Source of the DNA: Patescibacteria group bacterium
Lineage (GTDB): Bacteria > Patescibacteriota > Minisyncoccia > Phycocordibacterales > Phycocordibacteraceae
DNA: 64,000 nt
Assembly (NCBI GenBank): GCA_040388985.1
Contig: JAZKAU010000002.1
Coordinates: forward strand, 420,114 to 484,113
Direction: 5' to 3'
The position numbers and the translations under genes are program-made. Below, piece after piece: positions 28,903-40,244 of this stretch. The notes under the pieces are model-generated. The model was not told where the DNA came from. It did no database searches and worked only from the letters and a program-made list of their open reading frames with translations. Within the stretch, counting starts at the first letter, position 1. Every line of letters begins with the position of its first letter.

Positions 28903-29594
28903 TGGAAGGGAAGCGGCCGGTAGCAGTGTTCGATATCGACGGGACGGTCTTTCGCTCGAGCTTGCTCATCGAGCTCGTTGACCGGCTTATCTTGCGTGAC
29001 GTCTTCCCCGAGACCGCTCGTACGGTTTATGAACGCGCGCAGGAAGAGTGGCTTGATCGTAAAGGCGACTATGAGGCATACGTCAAGAAGGTCGTCATGG
29101 CGTTCTTGAAACATATAAAAGGACTTCCGTACGGCGAAGTCGCGGATATCGCGGGAGAGATAATTGAAGAGATGCATAATCGAACCTATCGGTATACGCG
29201 CGACCTCATTCAAGAACTGAAGGGAAAGGGATACTTCATGCTTGCGGTCTCGCATTCGCCCAAGTTCATCGTGGATGGTTTCGCATACGAGCTCGGGTTT
29301 CATAAGTCGTACGGCACGTTCTTCGCAACAGGGGCTTCTGGTCGCTTCACGGGCGAGATAGAGGATGAACATATCATCATGAATAAGGCCACGACTCTAA
29401 ATCGAGCAATCGAGAAGGAGAATCTGACGCTCATCGGCTCGGTAGGGGTGGGTGACACGGAGAGCGATATCTCCATGCTGTCGCTAGTTGCAGAACCCAT
29501 TGCCTTCAATCCGAACCGTGTTCTCTATCGACATGCGCAACAAAATAACTGGAAGACGGTCGTCGAGCGCAAGGACGTGATATACGAGATTTGA
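28903..29594 (+). CDS. HAD-IB family hydrolase
   Basis: 'VAVFDIDGTVF' motif I. 'GVGDTESD' motif IV. Confidence 0.7.
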
Positions 29595-29606
29595 TATACT
29601 GGATAT

Positions 29607-29852
29607 ATGAAAAAGCTTACGCGCAGCAGGGATAATCGGGTGATCTGGGGCGTGCTCGGGGGAGTCGGCGAATACTTCAATATCGACCCCGTTATATGCC
29701 GTCTCATCTTCATACTCCTCACGCTTCCAAGCGGGCTCGTTCCAGGCATCCTTATCTACATCGTGGCGACCATCATCATTCCTGAAGAGCCGCTCGCCGT
29801 ACCCAACAACAAACCTGCATCGGGTACGACCACTAACGATGAGGCTGTGTAA
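29607..29852 (+). CDS. PspC-domain protein
   Basis: 'RSRDNRVIWGVLGGVGEYFNIDPVICRLIFILL' is the PspC signature. Confidence 0.7.
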   Translation: MKKLTRSRDNRVIWGVLGGVGEYFNIDPVICRLIFILLTLPSGLVPGILIYIVATIIIPEEPLAVPNNKPASGTTTNDEAV

Positions 29853-29861
29853 AAACGCCAA

Positions 29862-29960
29862 ATGCAAGGCGCTGAGGAGTGAAAGGCCGAGTCGTACTCA
29901 GGCGTACGGTGAGGCCTTGAACGACGAGAGCAACGCAGCAGTTGGTGGAATTTACGCAGT
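29862..29960 (-). repeat. Intergenic repeat family 1, copy D
   Basis: Reverse complement: ...ctgctgcgttgctctcgtcgttcaaggcctcaccgtacgcctgagtacgactcggcctttcactcctcagcgccttgcat... Confidence 0.85.
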
Positions 29961-29963
29961 CTC

Positions 29964-30773
29964 ATGACGATACAGCAGTTTAGGACAATAGTCTGGAAAC
30001 ACTATAAAGCCCACGGCAGGCACAGCCTGCCGTGGCGTGCTACGACTGATCCGTATCGTATACTCCTCTCGGAAGTGATGCTCCAGCAGACGCAGGTGGA
30101 ACGAGTCATCCCGTACTATCGCTCCTGGATGAAGGTGTATCCGACGCCGAGACGACTCGCCGGCGCATCGCTCGCTGATGTCCTTACGCATTGGCAAGGA
30201 CTCGGCTATAACCGCCGCGCGAAGATGCTGCATGAGGCGGCGAAGGCAATCGTGCGCGACTACGACGGAAAGATGCCAAAGTCGGTCGAGGAGCTAGAGT
30301 CCCTTCCCGGCATAGGACCGTACACGGCGCGCGCCGTAGCAGCCTTCGCCCATAATCAGGACGTTATTTTCATAGAGACGAATATCCGCACGGCTATCAT
30401 CCATCACTTCTTCAGAGCGCGAAAGATAGTCGACGATACGGAAATACAGAAAATTCTCGAGAAGGCCTTCCCGAAGGGAAAATCGCGGGAATGGTATGCC
30501 GCTCTCATGGACTACGGCGCCTCTCTCAAGCGCTCGGGCATTCGTCTGAACGATAAGAGCAAAGGACATATGAGGCAGTCAGCCTTCAAGGGCTCAGGCA
30601 GGGAGGTCCGGGGCGCGATACTGCGGGAACTCGCGCGAGGCTCTGCCTCGCGCGCAAAGCTCCTTTCGATACTTGGGCCCGCGCGCAAAGAACAAGCCAC
30701 CGAACAGTTGGAGAAGCTGCACCGTGAAGGCATGATCTGCAAAGAGGGACGTTCATATTCTCTACCTGCCTGA
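29964..30773 (+). CDS. HhH-GPD DNA glycosylase (MutY/EndoIII-like, no Cys cluster)
   Basis: 'SEVMLQQTQVERVIPYY', HhH 'LESLPGIGPYTARAVAAFA'. Short (269 aa), with no NUDIX-like C-terminal domain and no FeS Cys. Confidence 0.7.
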   Translation: MTIQQFRTIVWKHYKAHGRHSLPWRATTDPYRILLSEVMLQQTQVERVIPYYRSWMKVYPTPRRLAGASLADVLTHWQGLGYNRRAKMLHEAAKAIVRDYDGKMPKSVEELESLPGIGPYTARAVAAFAHNQDVIFIETNIRTAIIHHFFRARKIVDDTEIQKILEKAFPKGKSREWYAALMDYGASLKRSGIRLNDKSKGHMRQSAFKGSGREVRGAILRELARGSASRAKLLSILGPARKEQATEQLEKLHREGMICKEGRSYSLPA

Positions 30774-30795
30774 TTTGCTACACTGTCTGCCTATG

Positions 30796-30932
30796 CCCGG
30801 TATGACAACTTCGGATATATTTCTTTCTGCGCGACTCGATGCTGATAGTAATTTCTTCATTGCTACACTAACGGGCGATTTAGCAACTGGACCGCGAGAA
30901 ATCAAGCGCGATCCGAAGTTGTCATAACCGGG
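30796..30932. repeat. 137-bp element bounded by 21-bp inverted repeats, ending 1 nt before the alkB ATG
   Basis: cccggtatgacaacttcggat ... atccgaagttgtcataaccggg. Termini resemble those of the 42978-43100 element. Confidence 0.8.
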
Positions 30933-30933
30933 T

Positions 30934-31521
30934 ATGCGCGGACGTGGAGCGGATCAGTACCCTTTATTCGATTTCGGACAGGCATATCCTAACGGCTTCA
31001 CGTATCACTCGGAATTCATAACGGCTTCGGAAGAGGCGGCGCTTATCGCTTGCATCCAGAAGCTGGAACTTACTCCTGCACCCTTTCGCGAATACACCGC
31101 CAAGCGGCGCATCATGAGTTTCGGCTGGACCTATGATCCGGATACGCTCGTTCCGGTGCCCGGAGAGTCGCTTCCGGACTTTTTGCTGCCGCTCGCACAT
31201 AAGGTAGGGAATCTTGTGGGTATTGCGGGCGAACGCGTCGTCGAAGCGCTTATTACCGAATACCGCCCCGGTACCGGCGTCGGCTGGCACCGGGATAACG
31301 AATCGTTCGATAAGATCATCGGCATCTCGCTTGCCGGCTGGTGCAGATTCGACATGCGTCCATGGAGTGCGCGCGATGACACGGAAATGATATCAGTCAC
31401 GGTCGAACCGCGCTCAGCCTATGTCATGCAGGACGAGAGCCGCTGGGACTACAAGCACCGCGTCGCACCTACCAAGGGTCTGCGATATTCCATAACCTTC
31501 CGCACCCTCGCATCTCGATAA
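30934..31521 (+). CDS. alkB: AlkB-family Fe(II)/2OG dioxygenase (alkylated DNA repair)
   Basis: 'GWHRDNE' (HxD) and 'DYKHRV' (H) iron ligands. 'RYSITFR' 2OG-binding Arg. Confidence 0.8.
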   Translation: MRGRGADQYPLFDFGQAYPNGFTYHSEFITASEEAALIACIQKLELTPAPFREYTAKRRIMSFGWTYDPDTLVPVPGESLPDFLLPLAHKVGNLVGIAGERVVEALITEYRPGTGVGWHRDNESFDKIIGISLAGWCRFDMRPWSARDDTEMISVTVEPRSAYVMQDESRWDYKHRVAPTKGLRYSITFRTLASR

Positions 31522-31523
31522 CC

Positions 31524-31554
31524 AGGAACAGCCGCGCGAAGCGCGGCTGTTCCT
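31524..31554 (+). terminator. Hairpin terminator after alkB
   Basis: aggaacagccgcgc-gaa-gcgcggctgttcct. Confidence 0.55.
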
Positions 31555-31711
31555 ATATCTATCTATACACTCCCGACGAAGGAAAGAATCCTAGCGTAAA
31601 ATTCCCTAAGACGAGGCGCGGGAAAGCAATTTTTGAAAACGTACTGATCGTACGGTGGAAAAAATTGTAGGGGCCCGCAACGAAGTATTAGGGGATTTTA
31701 CGCGGATTCGT

Positions 31712-33715
31712 TCACACCCCGATAAGTACAGGGATAACCATCGGTGCCTTGTTAGTGCAATTGAACAGATACCCCGCCATCACATCCGTCAGATTGTTCT
31801 TCACGTAGTCGAGATCGACCGGATTCATACCTTGCGTCGAATCTTCCACGGTCTTCTTGATCAGAAGGCGCGCCTGGTTGAGAAGTTCCTGGCTCTCACG
31901 CAGATAGATGAAGCCGCGAGAGATGATGTCGGGCGACTTGCGGAGCTTTCCGGTCTTGAGGTTCACCGTCGCGATGATGACGAACATGCCGTCCTTCGCG
32001 AGCATCTGGCGGTCTCGGATGACTACTTCCTGCATATCGCCGATAGCGAAGCCGTCGACGACGAGTGGCGCTGATGGCACCTTCTCCTTATGTATGTTGA
32101 GCGTCGTGCCGTCGACGACGTCGATGACGGTGCCGTTATCCGCGAGGATGATGCTGTCGCGCGCTCTGCCTGCCTGCTCGACCGCTTTGGCGTGCGAGAA
32201 GGTCATGGAGTAATAGCCATAGCCAGGCATGAAGAACTTGGCATTCACCTGCTGATTTATCCAGACGAGCTCGCCTGAGTTACCATGGCCGGTCGAGTGC
32301 ACGTCGCTCGTGCGGTAGTTGATGATGGTCGCGCCGTTGCGATAGAGATTGTCTTTCAGCTTCTGTACGCTCACCTCGTTGCCTGGAATGACGGAAGACG
32401 AGAGGACGACGGTATCGCGAGCGGTGAGCGCTATGAACTTATGTTGTTTGGTAGCGATGCGCATGAGCGCGGCGAATTCCTCGCCCTGAGCGCCGGTCGA
32501 GAGGATGACGATCTTATCCGGAGGATAGTCGCCGATTTCCTGCGCTGAGATGATCGTCTCCTTCTTTACCGTGAGAAGCCCGGTCTTCTGTGCGATCTCG
32601 AGGTTCGTGCGAATGGAGCGTCCCTCGGTAACGATCTTCTTGCCCATGCTCTCGGCTATCTGGATGATGCGGATCATGCGCTCGAACTGCGAGGCGAAGG
32701 TACCGATGATAAGGCGGCCGGAGACGGTGCGCACTATTTCCTCGAGCGTAGTGTTCACGCGGCTCTCAGGAATGGAGAAACCGTCGCGCTCAGCGTTCGT
32801 CGAGTCGGCGATGAAGAAAAGGTTATTGTCTTTGGCGAGTTCGCCCCATACCCGCTTCTCCTTCTCGGACGGGATGCCGTCCTCATGCTCGAGCTTCAGG
32901 TCGCCGGTCACGACGACGTTGCCGTAGGGAGTCTCGACTGAGACGCCCATAGAGTCCGGAATAGAGTGCGTGACCGGGAAGAACTTCACGGTGGTCGAGC
33001 CGATTGAACGACTCGTACCGGTCTCGACGACGATGATCTCTGGCCTCGGCATGTCGGGATACTCTTCCTGGCGCTTTGCGATCATCACCGCGGTCAGGTT
33101 CTGGGTGTAGATAGGCGGATTGCCGAAGCGATTCATCAGGAAGGGGATGCCGCCGATGTGGTCGAGGTGCCCGTGCGTGATGATAGCTGCGCGTACGCGA
33201 TCCTTATTGTGTTCGAGATACGCGGTATTCGGAAGCATATAGTCGACGCCCGGTGTTGTCTCTTCCGAGACGAACTGGAAGCCGACATCGAAGATGAAGA
33301 TATCGTTTCCGACCTCGAGCGCGACCATGTTGCGGCCGACTTCTTCGACACCGCCGAGCGGGACGATACGCACGACGTTCGGCGCTACTGGCTCTGGGAA
33401 ATAATCGGCTCCTCGCTTCTGTGCGGGTGCAGGGCCGCGACGACCGCCGCCTCCGCCGCGACGCGCGTCACGCATGCCGCGATTACCTCCGCCGCCTCGT
33501 GGAGGACGGTTTGAGGATGAGGATCCGCTGTTCGGGCGTCCTGCGCCTTGCTGGCCTTGAGGACGCGACGCGGGTCGCGCGGGACCGGCAGATGCTCCCG
33601 GTGCGCGACGCGGGCCTTGGGGCCTGCCACTGCTACGCGGATGTGGTCGGTCTGATATGGGTTGCTCTCTGCGCGGCGACTGCGGCGCGGGTGCTGGAGC
33701 GGGTGCTGGAGACAT
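31712..33715 (-). CDS. rnj: Ribonuclease J (MBL/beta-CASP) with ~125-aa Arg/Gly/Pro-rich N-terminal extension
   Basis: 'IITHGHLDHIGGIP' MBL motif, beta-CASP and C-terminal domain. N-terminus 'APAPAPAPQSPRREQ...RPPRGGGGNRGMRDARRGGGGGRRG' is in-frame low-complexity sequence. Confidence 0.85.
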   Translation of the reverse strand: MSPAPAPAPAPQSPRREQPISDRPHPRSSGRPQGPRRAPGASAGPARPASRPQGQQGAGRPNSGSSSSNRPPRGGGGNRGMRDARRGGGGGRRGPAPAQKRGADYFPEPVAPNVVRIVPLGGVEEVGRNMVALEVGNDIFIFDVGFQFVSEETTPGVDYMLPNTAYLEHNKDRVRAAIITHGHLDHIGGIPFLMNRFGNPPIYTQNLTAVMIAKRQEEYPDMPRPEIIVVETGTSRSIGSTTVKFFPVTHSIPDSMGVSVETPYGNVVVTGDLKLEHEDGIPSEKEKRVWGELAKDNNLFFIADSTNAERDGFSIPESRVNTTLEEIVRTVSGRLIIGTFASQFERMIRIIQIAESMGKKIVTEGRSIRTNLEIAQKTGLLTVKKETIISAQEIGDYPPDKIVILSTGAQGEEFAALMRIATKQHKFIALTARDTVVLSSSVIPGNEVSVQKLKDNLYRNGATIINYRTSDVHSTGHGNSGELVWINQQVNAKFFMPGYGYYSMTFSHAKAVEQAGRARDSIILADNGTVIDVVDGTTLNIHKEKVPSAPLVVDGFAIGDMQEVVIRDRQMLAKDGMFVIIATVNLKTGKLRKSPDIISRGFIYLRESQELLNQARLLIKKTVEDSTQGMNPVDLDYVKNNLTDVMAGYLFNCTNKAPMVIPVLIGV

Positions 33716-33991
33716 ATGCTAGATGCTAATTGGGAGATTAATAGACTGAACTAAGAATGCACGAATTGCGTGCGTACGAAAACGAGGACGAACGGTCAGG
33801 AACGGGAATACCCAGGAACACAGATGAGGGAAGGCTTATATCCTTTATACACTATCTTTTACGACTTGCCAGCTCCCACGTCGTGGATAAGCCCGCTGAA
33901 AAACTCGGTATCCAAGGCGCGGGAAGGAATTTCAGGGGAGCGCGACGCATCGGAGTACCCGAAGGGGTGCAACGCAGGAGAGCGAGGAATT

Positions 33992-35716
33992 TCAGCGGGC
34001 GAACCATGGCCAGACGTGCTCCGTATACGTATACCAATGACTCACGTCCCAGAACCTGTCCGAAGGCGATCCGACGCGCGTGAGCGCGACTCCCGAAAGG
34101 GAAGAGGGCACAGAATACAGGAAATCAGGCGTATAGAGGAAGGCGGCCGGATAGTCGCTCGCGATGCGATCCTGTATCTGGTCAAGCGTTTCCAGCCGTC
34201 CCTGGCCGTCCGTTCCTGCGCGCACGCTCTCAAGAAGCGCATCCGTAGTCTTGTCAGCATAGCCGGTGATATTGAGTCCCGGATCTTTCTGCTCATTCGA
34301 GCTCCAGAAGGCGTAAAGGTCAGGATCGCTGCCGATGACTTCGCCGAAGAGGAGTGCGCCGTAGGCGCGCGGCCGGATGACCGTCTGCGTGAGCTCGTTC
34401 GGTTCATATAGCTTCAGCTCCGTCGGGATGCCGAGGGCCTGCCAGTCGCTCTGTACTGCCGCTGCTACTGATTTCAGTTCCGGCACGTTCGAAGTGGTAA
34501 GCGTGAGGTGTAATATCTCACCCTTCTTGCTCCATACGTTCTGGTCGGTATCGAATGTCCATCCCGCGCTCGTGAGTGTTTGCCGCGCTTCATCAAGCCT
34601 GGTCGCAGGATCCGGAAGCGGTACCGGATTCACGCCGCTGCCGCCTGGCAGCGGCCCCATGAGCGGCGTCGCGTAGTTGCCAAGGACATCTTTTACGAGC
34701 GCACTTCGATCGATGGCAAGCGAGAGCGCCTTGCGCACGCCTGCGTCCGTCAAGAGCGGTTCCTGCGTCTGGTTAAAGAAGACGCCGAAGATGCGGGAAT
34801 AGGGAACTGCGTGCGCATCCTTGCTTGCGATGCCGTACGCACTCGTAATGGTGCCTGATGCGAAGGCCTTCTTGAGCGATGCCTGGTCCGCGAAGAAGGA
34901 CATGGTGATATGCGCGAGATACGGCCGACCAGTCGCGAACGCTCCAAAGGCGGACAAGCGATAGCTGGTGATGACGCCGTTAGAAGCGCGCGTCACGGAA
35001 TCGACCTTGAACGGTCCTGCGCCGATAGGATTCGTGGCGTAGGGCGAGAACGGGAATTCCTCATTCGCGACATCACGCCACACATGCTGAGGCAATATGC
35101 CGAGCGTCGTGTCTTCAAGGAACGGAGCGTAGGCCTTCGGAAGGATGAAGCGCACCGTGCGTGCGTCTACCGTCTCGGCCCGTATGTTCGCCCAATTGGC
35201 GAGCAAAGGACTCTTAAGGCTCGGATCCTGCGCCTTCTCGACCGTATAGACTACGTCGTCTGCGGTCACGGGCGTGCCGTCCGAGAACGTCGCATTGGGC
35301 CGTAGCGCGAAGGTATAGGTAGTGCCGTCTTCGGAGACCGTATACGACTGCGCGAGCACGGGCACGAGCGCGCCGGCCCCGTCATGGCCCATGAGGCCTG
35401 CGTAGGTGAGCGCGACCAGATCCCGGTCAGTATCAGATATGGCCAAGAGAGGATTCACGAAGCGCGGAGCTCCTACTACTCCTTCCCTCAGCGTCCCGCC
35501 ATAAGCAGGCACGACGACCTGATGCGCTCTGGCAAGGGCGAAAAGGCCGACTAAGCTCGTCAGTATGACGAGCACGCCGAGAACCAGGGCTATGAACTGG
35601 TCGCCCGGCGAGAGTTGCCTGACGAATCCTCGTACTCCGGAAAAGACCGAATCTGCTCGCAGACTGAGCCTGCGACTCTCGTGCAACTGGGTAGAAGGGA
35701 AGGATGAAGGGGACAT
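33992..35716 (-). CDS. ABC transporter substrate-binding protein, family 5 (oligopeptide/nickel type), orphan
   Basis: N-terminal TM anchor and SBP_bac_5-like length and motifs. No adjacent permease or ATPase genes. Confidence 0.75.
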   Translation of the reverse strand: MSPSSFPSTQLHESRRLSLRADSVFSGVRGFVRQLSPGDQFIALVLGVLVILTSLVGLFALARAHQVVVPAYGGTLREGVVGAPRFVNPLLAISDTDRDLVALTYAGLMGHDGAGALVPVLAQSYTVSEDGTTYTFALRPNATFSDGTPVTADDVVYTVEKAQDPSLKSPLLANWANIRAETVDARTVRFILPKAYAPFLEDTTLGILPQHVWRDVANEEFPFSPYATNPIGAGPFKVDSVTRASNGVITSYRLSAFGAFATGRPYLAHITMSFFADQASLKKAFASGTITSAYGIASKDAHAVPYSRIFGVFFNQTQEPLLTDAGVRKALSLAIDRSALVKDVLGNYATPLMGPLPGGSGVNPVPLPDPATRLDEARQTLTSAGWTFDTDQNVWSKKGEILHLTLTTSNVPELKSVAAAVQSDWQALGIPTELKLYEPNELTQTVIRPRAYGALLFGEVIGSDPDLYAFWSSNEQKDPGLNITGYADKTTDALLESVRAGTDGQGRLETLDQIQDRIASDYPAAFLYTPDFLYSVPSSLSGVALTRVGSPSDRFWDVSHWYTYTEHVWPWFAR

Positions 35717-35788
35717 GTGCCGTATGCCGTTGCGCTCCAGGAGCGCCCTATACAGATGCAGAACCCGCAGGCAGTACTGCCGTGCGGC

Positions 35789-36025
35789 CTATGGCGCGAG
35801 AACGAGGCTGGCGAGCGCGGCAATCACGAAAAGAATCGCGATCACGATAGTCGCTCGGAACAGGAACTTCTCCGCGCCTCGGCGCTTATAGAACGTCGAT
35901 GCGAAATTGTCGCCTCCGAAGGCTCCTCCGAGCGAAGCGCCGCGCTGCTGAAGCACGATGCCTAGTATAAGGAGGAGGGAGAGGACTATTTGAATGTAGG
36001 GCAGTGCTGCCGTGAGTTTCTCCAT
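35789..36025 (-). CDS. secG: Preprotein translocase subunit SecG
   Basis: 'MEKLTAALPYIQIVLSLLLILGIVLQQRGASLGGAFGG' is the canonical SecG N-terminus. Confidence 0.75.
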   Translation of the reverse strand: MEKLTAALPYIQIVLSLLLILGIVLQQRGASLGGAFGGDNFASTFYKRRGAEKFLFRATIVIAILFVIAALASLVLAP

Positions 36026-37038
36026 CTGTAGGCGCCAGGATAGCACGGATGTGGAAAGAGAACAATGTAGTAATGCTAAACCCCCGAAGTCTGGGGACCT
36101 CAGGGGCGGATTGGGTATGCAGCGTGCTGCTGCCAGCTAACGGCCAGAACACATAGGACTGAGGCGCTCGACGAACTTCAATGAGCTCGGAGCGTGACTT
36201 GAGTCCAGCGTGTCGTGGCAAGTATAGTCGGCAGGGCAGCTGCACGTATATATTTGGGTGCATTTCTCATCGAATCGCACGCCTACGTCTGTCGAAGAGC
36301 GTTTCAGTATGGTGCGCTAGCGTACCTTTCAAATCCCACTGTGCAGCAAGCTGCAGATGGAGCGAGAATCTCGACCGGGAACTACGTTCCGAACCAAGAT
36401 GCTGGCAGATTCTCAAGATAACGCTTCCGCAAGACATACTGATAGCTCGTCAAGCACGATCGCGGGCACTCGCGTCACGGACTGCCTGGCTCCCTTCAAG
36501 TTTTACTCGCTTGAGTAGACGGGAAGCTATAGGCAATCGTTACGTCAGCTGAACTCGACTGGCGAAGGCAATTCGGAATGCTGCTCATGCGGAACCGTCT
36601 CGGAAAATCCGAGCAGGGCTCCCAGAGGGCTTCGAATCAAGCCTTCGAAGAAGAGGTCGCTGGCGTTCCGGACGTCAAAGCGGGTCTTCCGATGGAAAAA
36701 TGCGGGTAGAAAACGGCGCATGGCCTGTCTCCTGCCGCAGTCGTTTTGGGAATCACCCCGAATATCTGCGGCCCTATCCAAGGGCAATCCGCCAGCTTCA
36801 TCCGGGCGCGCAGGACAGGGAAGTCGAGCGGGAATGAAGGCAATGGATTGCCCTTGACGCATTGAACAATGGTCCGTCTATTACCATAACATCTTTCACA
36901 CTTGTGGTCAAAATCCTGTCAGCTGAATTAGCAGTCAAACAGCATGTATGGCTCCATTCACTCGATAGTAAACGAAAAGCCGCAGGAGAAGAGAATAAAT
37001 CCCTTGCCTGCGGCTTCGGTCGTCTTCCTGCTGGCAGT

Positions 37039-37284
37039 TCAGCCGAGCAGATTCTTGACCGTGATTCGGTCCTGAGTGCGGACGCATTCGTCGATCGCCT
37101 TGGCGTGCTCGGCGCGGATGAAAGCGCTCGAACTCGGCGTGAGGCCGGCGATGCTCTTCTCGCACTGCGCGACGGTCGCCATGTGCTGATTGGCCGACGC
37201 GTATCGCGTGCCGGGCTGGGCGAGCCCATTGCCGTTGGCGGAGACGAAAACCAGGAATCCGAGACCGAAAAGAGCGCGTTTCAT
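37039..37284 (-). CDS. Small secreted protein (signal peptide, 81 aa)
   Basis: 'MKRALFGLGFLVFVSANG' signal peptide. A hairpin follows downstream (aagccgcagg...cctgcggctt). Confidence 0.45.
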   Translation of the reverse strand: MKRALFGLGFLVFVSANGNGLAQPGTRYASANQHMATVAQCEKSIAGLTPSSSAFIRAEHAKAIDECVRTQDRITVKNLLG

Positions 37285-37575
37285 TGCGGGGTACCCCTTC
37301 TGAAGCTGATTAAACGTAACATACCTAATAATACAGAAATATGTGATTCTGTCAACTCTCTAGATTCGAGCAAGGGAATCGTCATATGGCGAACGAATAT
37401 AGTGAATCCGGGTAGCAGTTTCCGCAGAAGCAGCAGGTAGCTAGGATTTCTATGACTTGAAGCGATTTTCTGGGCGAGCTATACTGTGGATAACTTTTGC
37501 GGGAGGGAAGTCGCTCTCGCAAAAAGCAAAGGAATACGTGCGATCTTTATTCGTCTGTAAGAACGCTCATTTTCT

Positions 37576-37881
37576 ATGGCACTATCAAAAAACAAACTGT
37601 CAATATCTCCGCTCGGCGACCGCGTCGTAGTTAAGCCTGCTTCGGGCGACGAAGTGTCGGTCTCAGGCATCATCATCCCGGACACGGCCAGCCGAGAAAA
37701 GCCGGAACGCGGGACGGTCGTAGCAGTAGGTCCCGGCAAGTACGATGACGGCGCTCTCGTGCCCATGACCGTGAAGCCCGGCGATACCGTCCTCTTCTCC
37801 AAATATGGCTATGACGAGGTGAAGATCGACGGCCAGGAATACTTCATCCTTTCTGAGTCGAGCATCCTCGCGATCATTTAG
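37576..37881 (+). CDS. groES: Co-chaperonin GroES
   Basis: 'LSISPLGDRVVVKP...GIIIPDTA...GTVVAVGPG' is GroES. Confidence 0.9.
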   Translation: MALSKNKLSISPLGDRVVVKPASGDEVSVSGIIIPDTASREKPERGTVVAVGPGKYDDGALVPMTVKPGDTVLFSKYGYDEVKIDGQEYFILSESSILAII

Positions 37882-39576
<1,695 letters not shown>

Positions 39577-39672
39577 ATAAGAGTTCGGGAATTCACTTCC
39601 CTGTTTTATACAAGGGGTCGCACGAAGTGCGGCCCCTTGTATTTACTTCGCGTTGTCCTACACTATACCTAT

Positions 39673-40233
39673 ATGACACCACTATATATCGTGATCGGCA
39701 TTCTCGTTCTTATCGTGCTCTACGTGATCGCAGCCTATAACGGTTTCGTCTCGAAGGTGAACCGTACCAAGGAAGCATGGGCCGATATCGACGTGCAGTT
39801 GAAGCGCCGCTATGACCTCATCCCGAACCTCGTCGAGACCGTGAAGGGCTACGCCGCGCACGAGAATGCGGCTTTCGAGAACGTCACGAAAGCCCGCAGT
39901 GAGGCTATGCAGGCAGGAACTCCGGCCGCAAAGGCTGACGCTGAGAATCAGCTCACCGGTACCCTCAAGACGCTGTTCGCGGTCGCTGAAGCCTATCCGG
40001 ACCTCAAGGCCAATCAGAACTTCCTGCAGCTCCAGCAAGAGCTCGGCAATACCGAAGACAAGATCCAGGCTGCTCGTCGCTTCTACAACGGCAACGTGCA
40101 GGAACTCACTACTTCCATGCAGTCATTCCCGGGCAATATCATCGCGAATTCCTTCCACTTCCAGAAGATGGACCTCTTCGAGCTTGCAGACAGCGATGCA
40201 GCTGCGCGCGAACCGGTGAAGGTCTCGTTCTAG
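39673..40233 (+). CDS. LemA family protein
   Basis: N-terminal TM plus 'NRTKEAWADIDVQLKRRYDLIPNLVETVKGYAAHE'. Confidence 0.8.
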   Translation: MTPLYIVIGILVLIVLYVIAAYNGFVSKVNRTKEAWADIDVQLKRRYDLIPNLVETVKGYAAHENAAFENVTKARSEAMQAGTPAAKADAENQLTGTLKTLFAVAEAYPDLKANQNFLQLQQELGNTEDKIQAARRFYNGNVQELTTSMQSFPGNIIANSFHFQKMDLFELADSDAAAREPVKVSF

Positions 40234-40244
40234 CCATTCGCTTC

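Noticed and set aside
37440-37575. CIRCE/HAIR heat-shock operator upstream of groES
   Set aside because: There is no TTAGCACTC-N9-GAGTGCTAA or CTTGAGT-N7-ACTCAAG match. Only a weak 7-bp inverted repeat (ttttgcg...cgcaaaa) is present.
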